A stretch of 64,000 bases of DNA, from the NCBI GenBank assembly GCA_963840855.1, contig CAWJBB010000041.1, forward strand, positions 269,538 to 333,537. Direction: 5' to 3'. The stretch comes from an uncultured delta proteobacterium. GTDB lineage: Bacteria > Desulfobacterota > Binatia > UBA9968. Position numbers and translations under genes: made by a program. This document shows, in pieces, positions 1-9,981 of the stretch. Below the pieces are notes generated by a model. The model did no database searches and was not told where the DNA came from. It saw only the letters and a list, made by a program, of their open reading frames with translations. Each line of letters starts with the position of its first letter. Positions within the stretch are counted from its first letter, which is position 1.

Positions 1-16
1 GATCTATGAAACCACG

Positions 17-694
17 TTGATGGAATCCGGCCAAAAGACCCTGGAAGTATCTACCAACGAGCTCCGTAAGATTCTTACAGAGAAAAGCGCGACCGTTTTT
101 GACGCTCGACCATTAATGGAGTATGCCGTTAGCCATATTCCAGGCGCCGTCAACGTCTCGGCAAAGCCGGGGGTGCCGATTTCTCAGTACGTGTCAGACG
201 TGGCGGAGGTTGGGCGCGTCGTCGGAAACAACAAAGCCGCGCCTATCGTACTCTATTGCAACGGACCATTTTGCGGCAAAAGCAAGCGACTCTCGGAGGA
301 ATTGTTGGAGGCAGGCTACACGAACGTCCGGCGATATCAACTGGGCATTCCCGTGTGGCGTGCGCTGATCGGTGTTACCGAAATCCAGCTTTTAGGTCTG
401 CTCTACGTGCTCCACGATGACAAGACAGCCGTGTTTCTTGACGCTCGCAGCCCCGAGGAGTTTAAGGCCGGGACTATTCCGGGCGCGAAAAGCCTTCCCC
501 TAGCCGATGTGAAGAAGGCGAAGGATGACGGTCGATTACCTATGGATGACCACAACACGCGCATCATCGTGTTTGGCCGGGACGGTGCGCAAGCGCGCAC
601 GGTTACTGAGGCCATCGCCAAGGAGGCGTTCCACAATGTCGCCTACTTCGGTGGAGCCTTCGATGAACTGAAGCTGAAGGTAGCTAGCAAATAG
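17..694 (+). CDS. Tandem rhodanese-domain protein (sulfurtransferase-like); may begin upstream of the window
   Basis: Two rhodanese repeats (FDARP..EY..SHIPGAVN and FLDARSPEEF..GTIPGAKS); active-site loop LYCNGPFCGKS in domain 1. Confidence 0.8.
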   Translation: MMESGQKTLEVSTNELRKILTEKSATVFDARPLMEYAVSHIPGAVNVSAKPGVPISQYVSDVAEVGRVVGNNKAAPIVLYCNGPFCGKSKRLSEELLEAGYTNVRRYQLGIPVWRALIGVTEIQLLGLLYVLHDDKTAVFLDARSPEEFKAGTIPGAKSLPLADVKKAKDDGRLPMDDHNTRIIVFGRDGAQARTVTEAIAKEAFHNVAYFGGAFDELKLKVASK

Positions 695-721
695 GGATGC
701 AAACGCGGTAAGGTCACAATC

Positions 722-1831
722 ATGGCCTCAGTGAGAGAGCAACTTAAGGGTTGTTTCCACGCCGGCCAACCACACGTGGTTTGTGTATGTTCCGGCGTAA
801 AGCAGACGTCCCTCCATGGGAAAACGAACGTGACACTCAGAGCTGTTGGCCTTATTTTTAGCCTCGTCCTTATTATTAACTTCCTGGCGCCGCTTTCCTC
901 TGAAGCTCAACGGTTGGGAAAGACTCACCGACTCGGCTTTTTGGCTTTTGGATCGCCTCCGTCCGAGCCTGTTCCTACCGAATTTCCTTTCGAGGCGTTC
1001 CGCCACAGACTGCATGAGCTTGGTTATATTGAAGGACAAAATCTTGTCATCGAGCGACGGTACGCGCGGGGCATACTAGAAATGTTACCTGTTTTCGGCG
1101 CCGAATTGGTCCAACATCGAGTTGACATCATCGTAACCTCGGGGGCTTCTGCTGTCCGTGCCGCCAAAACGGCAACGGCAACCATCCCCATCGTCATGGC
1201 AGGTGCGCCGGATCCCATTGCATTCGAGTTGGTCGCCAGCCTCGCGCGGCCGGGCGCCAACGTAACCGGATTGTCCGATTCAACAGGACGGGAGATCGAA
1301 GGCAAGCGTTTGGAGCTATTAAAGGAGAGCTTCCCACGGATCGCGCGAGTCGCGGTGGTCCTGGATTCTGCCAGTCGAGTAGATGTCACACCTGTAAGAG
1401 AAGCAGCTCGAGCATTGGGGCTTAAATTACTTCTCTCGCCCGAGACCGCAACTCCCGAAGAGTTTCACAGTTCATTTGCTTTACTGAAGCGGGAGGGGGC
1501 CCAAGCTCTTTTTGCGCCGGAGACGCCGATCAACGTTCGTCACAGAAGCCTGATCGTAGAACTCGCCGCAAAGCATCGGCTCCCGGCGATGTATGGATCG
1601 AGAGAGTTCGTGGAAGGTGGAGGCCTCATGTCTTATGGGCCGAACTTCTCCGACATTTTCCGACGGGCGGCTGTATACGTTGATAGGATCCTGAAGGGTG
1701 CAAAGCCAGCGGATCTGCCCGTAGAGCAACCGACAAAATTCGAGCTACTGATTAATCTTAAGACTGCCAAGGCGCTCAGCCTGAAGATTCCGGGGGAGGT
1801 GCTTATGCAGGCTGATAAGGTAATAAAATGA
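722..1831 (+). CDS. ABC transporter substrate-binding protein (ABC_sub_bind type); real start probably ~830
   Basis: LVASLARPGANVTG, GKRLELLKE, GGLMSYGP and KGAKPADLPVEQPTKFELLINLKTAKAL motifs; hydrophobic signal after residue ~38. Confidence 0.85.
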   Translation: MASVREQLKGCFHAGQPHVVCVCSGVKQTSLHGKTNVTLRAVGLIFSLVLIINFLAPLSSEAQRLGKTHRLGFLAFGSPPSEPVPTEFPFEAFRHRLHELGYIEGQNLVIERRYARGILEMLPVFGAELVQHRVDIIVTSGASAVRAAKTATATIPIVMAGAPDPIAFELVASLARPGANVTGLSDSTGREIEGKRLELLKESFPRIARVAVVLDSASRVDVTPVREAARALGLKLLLSPETATPEEFHSSFALLKREGAQALFAPETPINVRHRSLIVELAAKHRLPAMYGSREFVEGGGLMSYGPNFSDIFRRAAVYVDRILKGAKPADLPVEQPTKFELLINLKTAKALSLKIPGEVLMQADKVIK

Positions 1832-1968
1832 TAGCGGTGAGTAATCAGTGGTCAGCGGTCAAGAAAAAACCGGGACGAAACTCGCGAGAAAAACAATATA
1901 CTCGCAGACCCCTAAGGGTCCGATAGCAAAAGCAGGTCTTAAAGGTGGCGTCAGGAGCCCGGGGAACC

Positions 1969-2463
1969 ATGAGTAGAAAGATCCTTCACCTTCTTATTAT
2001 TACGGCCGTTCTGGGTTCAGCACGTTTGGCCCTCGGGCAGCAGGTGATTTTTCTCGTTCGGCATGCCGAACAATCTACTGATGTCGAGGACCCCGCGCTC
2101 ACTGAGGTCGGGCATCGGCGAGCTCTAGAGTTGGCAGTGGTGTTGAAAGACGTAGGCATCAATGTGATTTACACTACCGAACTCAGGCGGTCGATACAGA
2201 CCGCAGAGCCTATTTCGAAGTCACTGAATATTGAGAGCAAGAGGTTGCCGCTCCGAGATCGCGACGGGCTCATCGGTCGACTCCGCACCCAACATTTCAA
2301 CGACCGTGTCTTGGTCGTCAGCCATTCTCTGACCCTTCCCCGTTTGCTCAAAGCCCTAGGATACCCCGTAGATATCACGATTGCAGAGAAAGAATACGAT
2401 AGTCTCTTCGTGATCGTACCAAAGAGAGACAGCAGCCCTTTAGTATTACGCTTGCGCTATTAG
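1969..2463 (+). CDS. Secreted histidine phosphatase superfamily protein (SixA/PGM-like)
   Basis: Signal peptide, then FLVRHAE (RHG motif), LTEVGHRRA, RSIQTA, VVSHS. Confidence 0.8.
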   Translation: MSRKILHLLIITAVLGSARLALGQQVIFLVRHAEQSTDVEDPALTEVGHRRALELAVVLKDVGINVIYTTELRRSIQTAEPISKSLNIESKRLPLRDRDGLIGRLRTQHFNDRVLVVSHSLTLPRLLKALGYPVDITIAEKEYDSLFVIVPKRDSSPLVLRLRY

Positions 2464-2631
2464 TGTCGGCTCGCTTTACTCTCTAATCGGGCTGGTACAC
2501 AGTATCGTCCATTACCAGAGGATGAAAAAAGGAGGGTTAAGGCAATCCGCGGGGTACAAAGATTACTGGCGCTGCCCTTCTTTCGGCTCTTTGGAAGCCG
2601 CAGGCGCGGAAGGCTTGTTCGCCATTACTTT

Positions 2632-4446
2632 TTGATTTCAGTCCTGCTTATTAGCGGCGGGCTGATCGCGAGCGGGCTCTTGGAGGTTTACTTTCGCTAT
2701 CGAGAGAGCCGAATGCAGCTGGATCTCTTCAATCAAGAGATCGCAGCGGGGGCTGCTTTCAAAATAGAGCGTTTCGTTCAAGAAATCGAAACCTTGATGA
2801 AAGCAGCAACGAAAAACCGCGATATTGTTCTCAAAGAGCTTTCGCAAGAATACAGATTTGAACTAAGGAGACTCTTCCTCGTGGCCCCGGCGATCACCGA
2901 TGCAGTAGCGGTTGATGTGGCGGGGAAAGCACAGGCTCGATTATCGCGCTTGCGGACTGCGTTTTCAAAAGTCGATGCGGACCTTGCAAGCTCACCTGCC
3001 TTTCTCCAAGGCAAGCAAGGTCGCTCCTATTTTGGTCCGGTTTATTTGGTGCGAGGCTCTGAGCCGCACATGACTATTGCCGTTCCGATTGAGCCCTTTG
3101 CGGGTAACGTCATCGGTGTCCTTGTGGCTCAGGTGAACCTTAAGTACATTAACGAAGTCGTTTCCGACATTAAAATCGGAAAAGCCGGCTACGCCTATGC
3201 TGTGACCCGCTCCGGCGACCTCATTGCCCACCCCGATGTCAGTCTGGTCTTACAAGCACGCAACGTAGCCCAGCTTTCTCATATAAAAACAGCTTTTCAG
3301 TCTTCCGCGAACGCTGCCAAGCCGAGCGCGACCGTGACTCATAACTTTCAAGGGCTGAAGGTCCTCAGCTCTTATGCTCTAATACCAGGCCTGAATTGGG
3401 CCCTCTTCATTGAACTTCCTGTGAAAGAGGCCTATGCACAGATCTACGCATCGATCTTCCGGACTTCCACACTCCTTCTGCTGGGGCTTGGCCTGGCTCT
3501 TTTGGCGAGCTTCTTCGTGGCCAGACGCGTAGTCCGCCCGCTGGAGGCGCTGAGAAAAGGCGTAGAGCGAATCGGTGGAGGCGATATGAGCTTGCGCCTT
3601 GATTTAAAGACTGGAGACGAGATCGAAATTCTCGCGGAAGAGTTCAACAAAATGACACAGAATCTTCGCCAGGCGTATGCCGGCTTGGAGCGGAGGGTTG
3701 CGGAGAGAACCCAGGAACTTGCTATTGCCAACGAAAGGCTCAAGGAGCTGGATCGACTGAAATCGGATTTCGTTTCCAACGTGTCGCACGAGCTAAGAAC
3801 GCCGCTGACGGCGATCAAAGGCGCCGTGGATCTGGTGCTGCGAGAAGTGCCGGGACCTCTCAATGAGAAGCAAACCCACTATCTCACCCGCGTGAGGTCG
3901 AATACTCAACATCTAGCCGGACTGATCAACGATCTTCTAGACCTGTCAAAGATCGAGGAGGGGAAAGTCGAGTTCAAAGCGACGCATGTCTCTCTCGGAG
4001 GTCTCATGCGCGAGGTAATGGAGACTTTGACGCCCATGGCAGCGGAGAAGCCGATTGCATTAGACGTGGCGGTTCCAGAACCTTCTATCCTGGTTTGGGC
4101 CGACCGAGAGAAGGTTACACAGGTATTGATGAACCTCATCGGTAATGCGATCAAATTTACACCGCCCAACGGCATGGTCGGCGTTTCTGCGGAAAGTGAC
4201 AGCAAGGGATGGGTTCGGGTTTCGATTCGCGACTCGGGAGCCGGGATTCCGACGAGCGAACAAGAAAAGATTTTTGAAAAGTTTTATCAGGTGGCCGAAA
4301 ACGGAGGGCCAAAACCCAAAGGGACCGGTCTCGGTCTTGCTATCTCGAAGGCATTGGTCGAATTGCACGGCGGAAAGATTTGGGTCGAGTCTGAGATGAG
4401 TCGTGGCGCTAATTTCTGCTTTACGCTGCCATTATCACCGCCGTAG
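2632..4446 (+). CDS. Sensor histidine kinase (TM-Cache-TM-HAMP-HisKA-HATPase); start uncertain
   Basis: VSHELRTPL H-box, NLIGNAIKF N-box, DSGAGI G1, GTGLGLAI G2; HAMP segment DEIEILAEEFNKM. Confidence 0.92.
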   Translation: MISVLLISGGLIASGLLEVYFRYRESRMQLDLFNQEIAAGAAFKIERFVQEIETLMKAATKNRDIVLKELSQEYRFELRRLFLVAPAITDAVAVDVAGKAQARLSRLRTAFSKVDADLASSPAFLQGKQGRSYFGPVYLVRGSEPHMTIAVPIEPFAGNVIGVLVAQVNLKYINEVVSDIKIGKAGYAYAVTRSGDLIAHPDVSLVLQARNVAQLSHIKTAFQSSANAAKPSATVTHNFQGLKVLSSYALIPGLNWALFIELPVKEAYAQIYASIFRTSTLLLLGLGLALLASFFVARRVVRPLEALRKGVERIGGGDMSLRLDLKTGDEIEILAEEFNKMTQNLRQAYAGLERRVAERTQELAIANERLKELDRLKSDFVSNVSHELRTPLTAIKGAVDLVLREVPGPLNEKQTHYLTRVRSNTQHLAGLINDLLDLSKIEEGKVEFKATHVSLGGLMREVMETLTPMAAEKPIALDVAVPEPSILVWADREKVTQVLMNLIGNAIKFTPPNGMVGVSAESDSKGWVRVSIRDSGAGIPTSEQEKIFEKFYQVAENGGPKPKGTGLGLAISKALVELHGGKIWVESEMSRGANFCFTLPLSPP

Positions 4447-4562
4447 AACTCACGCTCGTGCTGGTGCGCAGCGAAAAAATGTATACCGCGATGAGTGATA
4501 CTTGCAGTTTCAGAATTAATTCCCTCTCCTTCGTATGGAGACTGTATCGTAATTCACTCAGA

Positions 4563-4660
4563 GCCCTTCGACAGGCTCAGGGCGAACGGCTAAGTCATTG
4601 ATTTTTCGTTTGTCGTCTTCCGTTCGTGGTGAGACTCTCGAATCATGAACGGTATTGCGA
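4563..4660. repeat. REP-like palindromic repeat (CCCTTCGACAGGCTCAGGGCGAACGG family); related copies ~19910-19995, 16497-16520, 22558-22590, 50262-50295
   Basis: cccttcgacaggctcagggcgaacgg followed by the complementary ccgttcgtggtgag...tcgaa; similar units elsewhere in intergenic DNA. Confidence 0.55.
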
Positions 4661-4721
4661 CACGGTCTCAAGGGCGAGGGAGAAAGAAAGACTCCCGGAG
4701 AAAACCAAGACTACGAACGCG

Positions 4722-6074
4722 ATGAAACCTCTAACAGGAACCATCCTTGTCGCGGATGACGATCCCGACATTCGCGACATCCTACGAGACACCCTGAATA
4801 GCCTTGGCTCGCGAGTAACTACGGCGACCAATGGACAGGAGTGTCTGGACAAATTCGACAAGGACGGTCCCGACCTTGTTCTGCTCGATATCGAAATGCC
4901 GATTAAAAGCGGACTCCAGGTGCTGCAGGAACTACGGCAACGCGGCAGTGAGATGACCGTCATCATGATCACCGCTTACGGCACCATCGAGCGAGCCGTG
5001 CAGGCGATGAAGGAGGGCGCCTACGATTTCATAACCAAGCCCTTCGATCTCGATCATATCGCCCTGGTGGTTGAAAAAGCGTTGGAGCGAGAAAGGCTCA
5101 AACGTGGCCTCGAACACTTTGCCGAAGAGGCTGGCGAGCGCTACCGACTGGTGGGGGACTCGAGCCCGAAGATGCGCGAGGCTATCGATACCGCCAAGAA
5201 GGCCGCGGCGAGCAAATCGACGGTTTTGCTCCTTGGCGAAAGCGGTACGGGGAAAGAGGTTTTTGCACGGGCCATTCATGCCTGGAGCGAGAGAAAGAGC
5301 GAACCGTTCGTCGCGATCAACTGCGTCGGTCTCTCCAAGGATCTTCTTGAAAGCGAACTCTTCGGTCATGAGAAAGGAGCGTTTACAGGAGCGCATCAAC
5401 TCAAGAAGGGCAAGATGGAACAGGCGAACGGAGGTACGGTTTTTCTCGATGAGGTTGGCGACATATCGTCGGAACTGCAAACCAAACTGCTTAGATTCCT
5501 TCAGGAACGGGAGTTCGAGCGTGTCGGCGGCACACAGCCGATTCACGTCGATGTCCGAGTGATTGCGGCCACCAACCGAGGCCTGACTAGCGCCATAAAA
5601 GATGGACGATTTCGTGAAGACCTCTATTATCGGCTTAACGTGATTCCTATCTCGCTTCCGCCGTTGAGAGAAAGAAGGGAAGACATCCCCGTCCTGGCAA
5701 AATATTTCTTGCGACGATTTGCGTTGGACACAAAGAAGAGCTTGACCGGGATGACAATTGAGACAGAGGCAAGTCTCGTAGCTTACGAATGGCCGGGGAA
5801 CGTCCGCGAGCTGGGGAACGTGATCGAGCGCGCTGCCGTGCTCGGAGAGGGGCCGGAGATTACCATCGAAGATCTGCCGCCGCGGATAGGCGGTGGGGAT
5901 ATGGAAAGCGCCGCCGATGAATTTTCATATCGCCACGCCGTGGATGCCGCCAGAGCGGGCGTCATTAAAAAAGCGCTCGCTCACACCAACGGGAATCGCG
6001 CCGCAGCCGCGAGAATGCTCGGCATGCACAAGACGCACTTATTGAATCTCATCAAGTCGCTTCGAATTGAATAG
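4722..6074 (+). CDS. Sigma-54-dependent response regulator (NtrC family)
   Basis: Receiver domain (ADDD, LLDIEMP), GESGTGKE, GAFTGA, FLDEVGD, WPGNVREL, Fis-type HTH. Confidence 0.95.
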   Translation: MKPLTGTILVADDDPDIRDILRDTLNSLGSRVTTATNGQECLDKFDKDGPDLVLLDIEMPIKSGLQVLQELRQRGSEMTVIMITAYGTIERAVQAMKEGAYDFITKPFDLDHIALVVEKALERERLKRGLEHFAEEAGERYRLVGDSSPKMREAIDTAKKAAASKSTVLLLGESGTGKEVFARAIHAWSERKSEPFVAINCVGLSKDLLESELFGHEKGAFTGAHQLKKGKMEQANGGTVFLDEVGDISSELQTKLLRFLQEREFERVGGTQPIHVDVRVIAATNRGLTSAIKDGRFREDLYYRLNVIPISLPPLRERREDIPVLAKYFLRRFALDTKKSLTGMTIETEASLVAYEWPGNVRELGNVIERAAVLGEGPEITIEDLPPRIGGGDMESAADEFSYRHAVDAARAGVIKKALAHTNGNRAAAARMLGMHKTHLLNLIKSLRIE

Positions 6075-6087
6075 AGCCAAGCGCGTT

Positions 6088-6212
6088 GCGTTCCAACCGT
6101 CCCAGTAGTTCCAATCGTTCCGCGGTTCGGAATTTCGGAGGATTGCGGCCGAATAAGCATTGGAACGGCTGGAACGATTGGAATCTTTATAACAGTCCAA
6201 TCGCTCCAGCGC
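6088..6212. repeat. Inverted arrays of degenerate 9-mers (GTTCCAATC / TTGGAACGA) between convergent genes; possible bidirectional terminator
   Basis: gttccaacc-gtcccagta-gttccaatc-gttcc ... ttggaacgg-ctggaacga-ttggaatc; same unit at 17478, 18487, 18780, 22965, 50230. Confidence 0.55.
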
Positions 6213-6220
6213 GTTAAGAA

Positions 6221-7062
6221 CTATTTGACGGGATCGGGAACCCCTGGCGGTTTGGTCTTGGCATCGTAGTATTCTTGCGAGAACTCGGGCTTGCGCCGCT
6301 CGGCGAATGCCGCTGATCCCTCGTCGTATGCTTTGCTCTGGCGCAGATGGGCGTAGAATTCGCGGTGGATCTCGAAGGCTTTTTCCCAGCCCTGGATCCC
6401 ATAGAAAAGTTTGTCTTCGACGAATTCCATCGTGTGCTGGGCGATCAGGCGGCCGTTGCGATTGATCGTCGTGCACAGCTCGACACAATCGTCGATGAGC
6501 TTGTCCGGCTGGCAAATTTTTTGGACCAGCCCAAGACGAAAAGCGGTGTCCGCATCGATCATCTGGCCGGTGAGTGCTAACCAGTAGCCCCATCCAGTGG
6601 GGATCTGGCAGAGGTAATGCGGCCAGGCGGCCATGTGGGACCAGCGGACCTCGGAGCAGCCGAATTTCGACGCCGGTACGCAGTAGCGAATATGGCAGGC
6701 CAGCGACAAACTGAAACCGCCGCCGACGGCGTAGCCGTTGATCGCCGCGATGATCGGTTTGTGCATCTGCAGCGATGCGGGTGTTGGAGTATGGTCGCGG
6801 CCCGGTGCGCGGGCCCTTTCATTTCGCCTTTGGCAAAAGCAAGATTCTCTTTGAGATCGCCGCCGGCGCAAAAAGCGTCTCCACTACCCGTGAGAATAAT
6901 CGACCAGACGTCGTCATCATCCTTCGCCTTATGCCAGGCTTCATCGAGCGCCCAGTAAAGATCGCGACTGATGGCGTTCTTTTTCTCCGGACGGTTGAGA
7001 CGAATAATCGCGATATGGGGATCGCGCTTTTCGTAAATACATAATGGTTGTGCTTCAGCCAT
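6221..7062 (-). CDS. Enoyl-CoA hydratase/isomerase (crotonase) family, split by an apparent frameshift at ~6780-6815
   Basis: ORF 6577-7062 gives LNRPEKKNAI..AFCAGGDL; ORF 6221-6871 gives KPIIAAINGYAVGGG..EGSAAFAERRKP; net +2 frame offset. Confidence 0.8.
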
Positions 7063-7187
7063 TGGTCCTCCTTGTTTTATGGTCAGTAATCAGACGTCAG
7101 AGGTCAGAAATCAGAGGTCGACGTGTCAGAACAGAGGAGTTTGGTGTGCTCCGAACCGACCGCTGAGTGCTGATCGCTGATCTCTGG

Positions 7188-8396
7188 CTAATACAACACC
7201 TTCTCTTCATCCAGCTTCTTGATCTCTTCGTCCGAAAGCCCGAGCAAGTTCTTCGCGATCTCGTGAGTGTGCTCGCCCATAAGGGGCGCGAGGCCGCGCA
7301 CTTTGCCGGGCGTGTCGGACAAGCGCAACGGCACGTTCTCCGTCACCATGTCGCCGGCTTCGGGTTCGGTCATATGGACCAGAAAGCCGGTGGCGGCGTA
7401 TTGCTTGTCGTTCTTGAATTGGTCTTCGACGTCTTGCACCACGGCAGCGCAAACATCGATGCCTTGCACCATTTCCATGACTTCATAGGGGTCATGCTGC
7501 AGGGTCCAGCTCGTGACCCACTTATCCAGCTCGTCTTTGTGGCGCACCCGCTGAAAGTGGGTGGCGAACTTCGGATCGCCTTTCAACCCCGACTTTTCCA
7601 ATAACTGGGCGAACCGTTTCCACTCCTCTTCGTTATACACCGCGATGACGCACCAGCGGTCTTTACCTTGGCATTGGTACGGTCCATAGGGAGCGGCGAT
7701 CAAGCTCCGGTTTCCTTCCGGTTGGGGCTCCCGTTTGTTGACGTTATACTCCAGATACTTCGGCCCGAGGATCGACGCGCCAATTTCCTGCTGCGCGCTG
7801 TCGATCCACTGACCGCGGCCGCTTTTCTTGCGTTGCATCAGCGCCAGCACGACGCCGAACGCTCCTGTGACTCCGCCCATAAAATCGGGATGCTGCGTGC
7901 GCGGCTCGGCGGTGGCCGTCGTCGCTCCCGGATAATTCCACAAATAGGTGGTGGCCATGGTGTTGCCGACATTGGGGCCGTAGGTAAGATCCGCGGCATG
8001 GGGTCCGCTGCAGCCCATACCTTTTACCCGGATTAAAATTATTCGGGGGTTGATCTCTTTCAGGTCGGGCCAGTTCAGGCCCCATTTTTCGAGAATGCCC
8101 AGGCCGAAGTTCTCCACCAGCACGTCGGCCTTTTTCACCAGCTCATAGACGAGCTTGCGGCCTTTCTCCGTCTGCATGTTTACCGTGAAAGACTTCTTGC
8201 CGCGCTGAAGTTTCATGAAGTCGGGCTTCTTGTTCCAGAGCTTGGGGTCTTCGCCGCGGTGGCCGTCGCCGCGCAAGCGGGTTTCACAGCGAATGACTTC
8301 GGCGCCGAACTCGCACAGCACGCGCGCCACCGTCGGCCCAGCGGCGCCGGTGGTCAACTCGACAACGCGTATTCCCTCTAATGGAAGCTTTGACAT
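7188..8396 (-). CDS. CoA-transferase family III (CaiB/BaiF)
   Basis: PLEGIRVVEL, FGAEVIRCE, ADVLVENF, APLMGEHT. Confidence 0.9.
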   Translation of the reverse strand: MSKLPLEGIRVVELTTGAAGPTVARVLCEFGAEVIRCETRLRGDGHRGEDPKLWNKKPDFMKLQRGKKSFTVNMQTEKGRKLVYELVKKADVLVENFGLGILEKWGLNWPDLKEINPRIILIRVKGMGCSGPHAADLTYGPNVGNTMATTYLWNYPGATTATAEPRTQHPDFMGGVTGAFGVVLALMQRKKSGRGQWIDSAQQEIGASILGPKYLEYNVNKREPQPEGNRSLIAAPYGPYQCQGKDRWCVIAVYNEEEWKRFAQLLEKSGLKGDPKFATHFQRVRHKDELDKWVTSWTLQHDPYEVMEMVQGIDVCAAVVQDVEDQFKNDKQYAATGFLVHMTEPEAGDMVTENVPLRLSDTPGKVRGLAPLMGEHTHEIAKNLLGLSDEEIKKLDEEKVLY

Positions 8397-8434
8397 ATAG
8401 CTCCTTTCCTGCGAGTAAAAATGAGACGGAATTT

Positions 8435-8504
8435 TCACCACGAAGGCACGAAGGGTTCGGATATTTATACTATTAAACTTCGTGAACTTCGTGCCTTCGT
8501 GGTG
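8435..8504. repeat. Intergenic imperfect palindrome (CACCACGAAGGCACGAAG...CTTCGTGCCTTCGTGGTG)
   Basis: Long stem visible directly between the two CoA-transferase genes. Confidence 0.65.
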
Positions 8505-8515
8505 AGTTGTCCCGT

Positions 8516-9727
8516 TCAGATCACTCCCTCGGCGCGCAGCGCCACCAGATCATCGGCATTCATACCCAACTCGCCGCGATAGATTTCGTCGTTGTGCTCG
8601 CCGAGCAGCGGCGCGGGCCGAAAAATTCCGCCGGGGGTGTCCATCAGCCGGGGCACCACGCCGAACTGTTTGTACTTGCCGATCACCGGATGCTCCATGT
8701 CAACGAAAAGGCCACGCGCTTTGGTCTGTTCCATTTCAATGAATTCGCCCGCGGTGTTGATCGGGGTGACGGCGATGCGGCGCTTTTGCCCTTCGTCATA
8801 CAATTCTTCCTTGGTGTGCCGCGCGCAGAACTCCGCGATGGCTTTGGTCACGATATCCGGATGCTGCCGCCGGTACGACATCTTTTCGAACTCCGGACCG
8901 GAGATCGACGGGGGCCGTCCCATCCAGTCTACGAGGCGCCGCCATTGTTCGACGGGAATGATGAAAATCCGCGCGTAACCATTCTTGGTCGCGTAGGGAT
9001 CGTAAAGATCGGTCTCTTCGCCTTTGCGCGAAGCGCGCGCTGGTTTCTCGCCGGTGTAACCGTAGTTTGGGATAAAATAGCCGGCGATATGGCCGGCGCA
9101 CTCGTGCATTGAGACATCGATGTACTGGCCGTCACCGCCTTCGAGCCGATGGTAGAGCGCCACGGCGATACCGAATGCTCCGTAGGTCGAGGCCATACCG
9201 TAAGCGATCTCGCCGGGCGGCTGCAGCGGCGGCTCGCCGGGTTCTCCGGCGAGATACAGCAGATTTCCCAGCGCGATACCGGCCATGTCGTTGGCTTTGT
9301 AATCACGCCACGGCCCGCGCTGCCCGAAAGGCGTGATAGCGGCGTAAATCAAACGGGGATACTGCGCGTGCAGGGTCTCGTAGCCGAGGCCCAACTTATC
9401 CATTGTTCCGGGACGCGCCGTCTCAATCACGACGTCGGCTTTACGCGCCAGTTCGAGAAACAGCGCGCGGCCGTCAGGTTTTTCGATGTCGAGGGTGATG
9501 CCGCGCTTGTTGGTATTGAAGTGCAGGAAGTAAAGACTCTTCTCGGCGTGCGGCGTGTCGTCTTTAAACGGCGGGATGCGCCGGGATTCGTCGCCGGACG
9601 GCTGCTCGATCTTGATCACGTCCGCGCCCATGTCGGCGAGAAGTTTGGTGCAGTGCAGTCCCAACGGCCCCGCCAAGTCGAGCACCCGATAATCGGACAG
9701 CGGCCCTATCCTTTGTGCATTTGCCAT
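8516..9727 (-). CDS. CoA-transferase family III (CaiB/BaiF)
   Basis: LADMGADVIKIE, NTNKRGITLD, ITPFGQRGP, APLLGEHN. Confidence 0.92.
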   Translation of the reverse strand: MANAQRIGPLSDYRVLDLAGPLGLHCTKLLADMGADVIKIEQPSGDESRRIPPFKDDTPHAEKSLYFLHFNTNKRGITLDIEKPDGRALFLELARKADVVIETARPGTMDKLGLGYETLHAQYPRLIYAAITPFGQRGPWRDYKANDMAGIALGNLLYLAGEPGEPPLQPPGEIAYGMASTYGAFGIAVALYHRLEGGDGQYIDVSMHECAGHIAGYFIPNYGYTGEKPARASRKGEETDLYDPYATKNGYARIFIIPVEQWRRLVDWMGRPPSISGPEFEKMSYRRQHPDIVTKAIAEFCARHTKEELYDEGQKRRIAVTPINTAGEFIEMEQTKARGLFVDMEHPVIGKYKQFGVVPRLMDTPGGIFRPAPLLGEHNDEIYRGELGMNADDLVALRAEGVI

Positions 9728-9981
9728 CGTCAGTCCTTTTGAGCGTGATGCAAAGTTCAATTGGGTTTTATGTTAGATGGAACAACGGTGTCAAGCGCGC
9801 GTGTGCGCGGCGCTCTGATCTCACTGTGTAGTCAGCATCTAGCGGTAGGTTGAATAGGCGATTTTTGAAGCAAACAGGCCCTTCCTTACTTTCCCGTCGC
9901 GTGCTAGAAGGCAGCCAGTTCTGGCGTAATCCAGGTCGCACGCTAGGGAGACGCGCCACGCGAGAAAGGAGTAAGACCGGG

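Noticed and set aside
4932-5546. Long antisense ORFs (also 11343-12077, 18328-19230, 31394-32113, 57808-58617)
   Set aside because: Shadow frames of well-supported genes in GC-rich DNA
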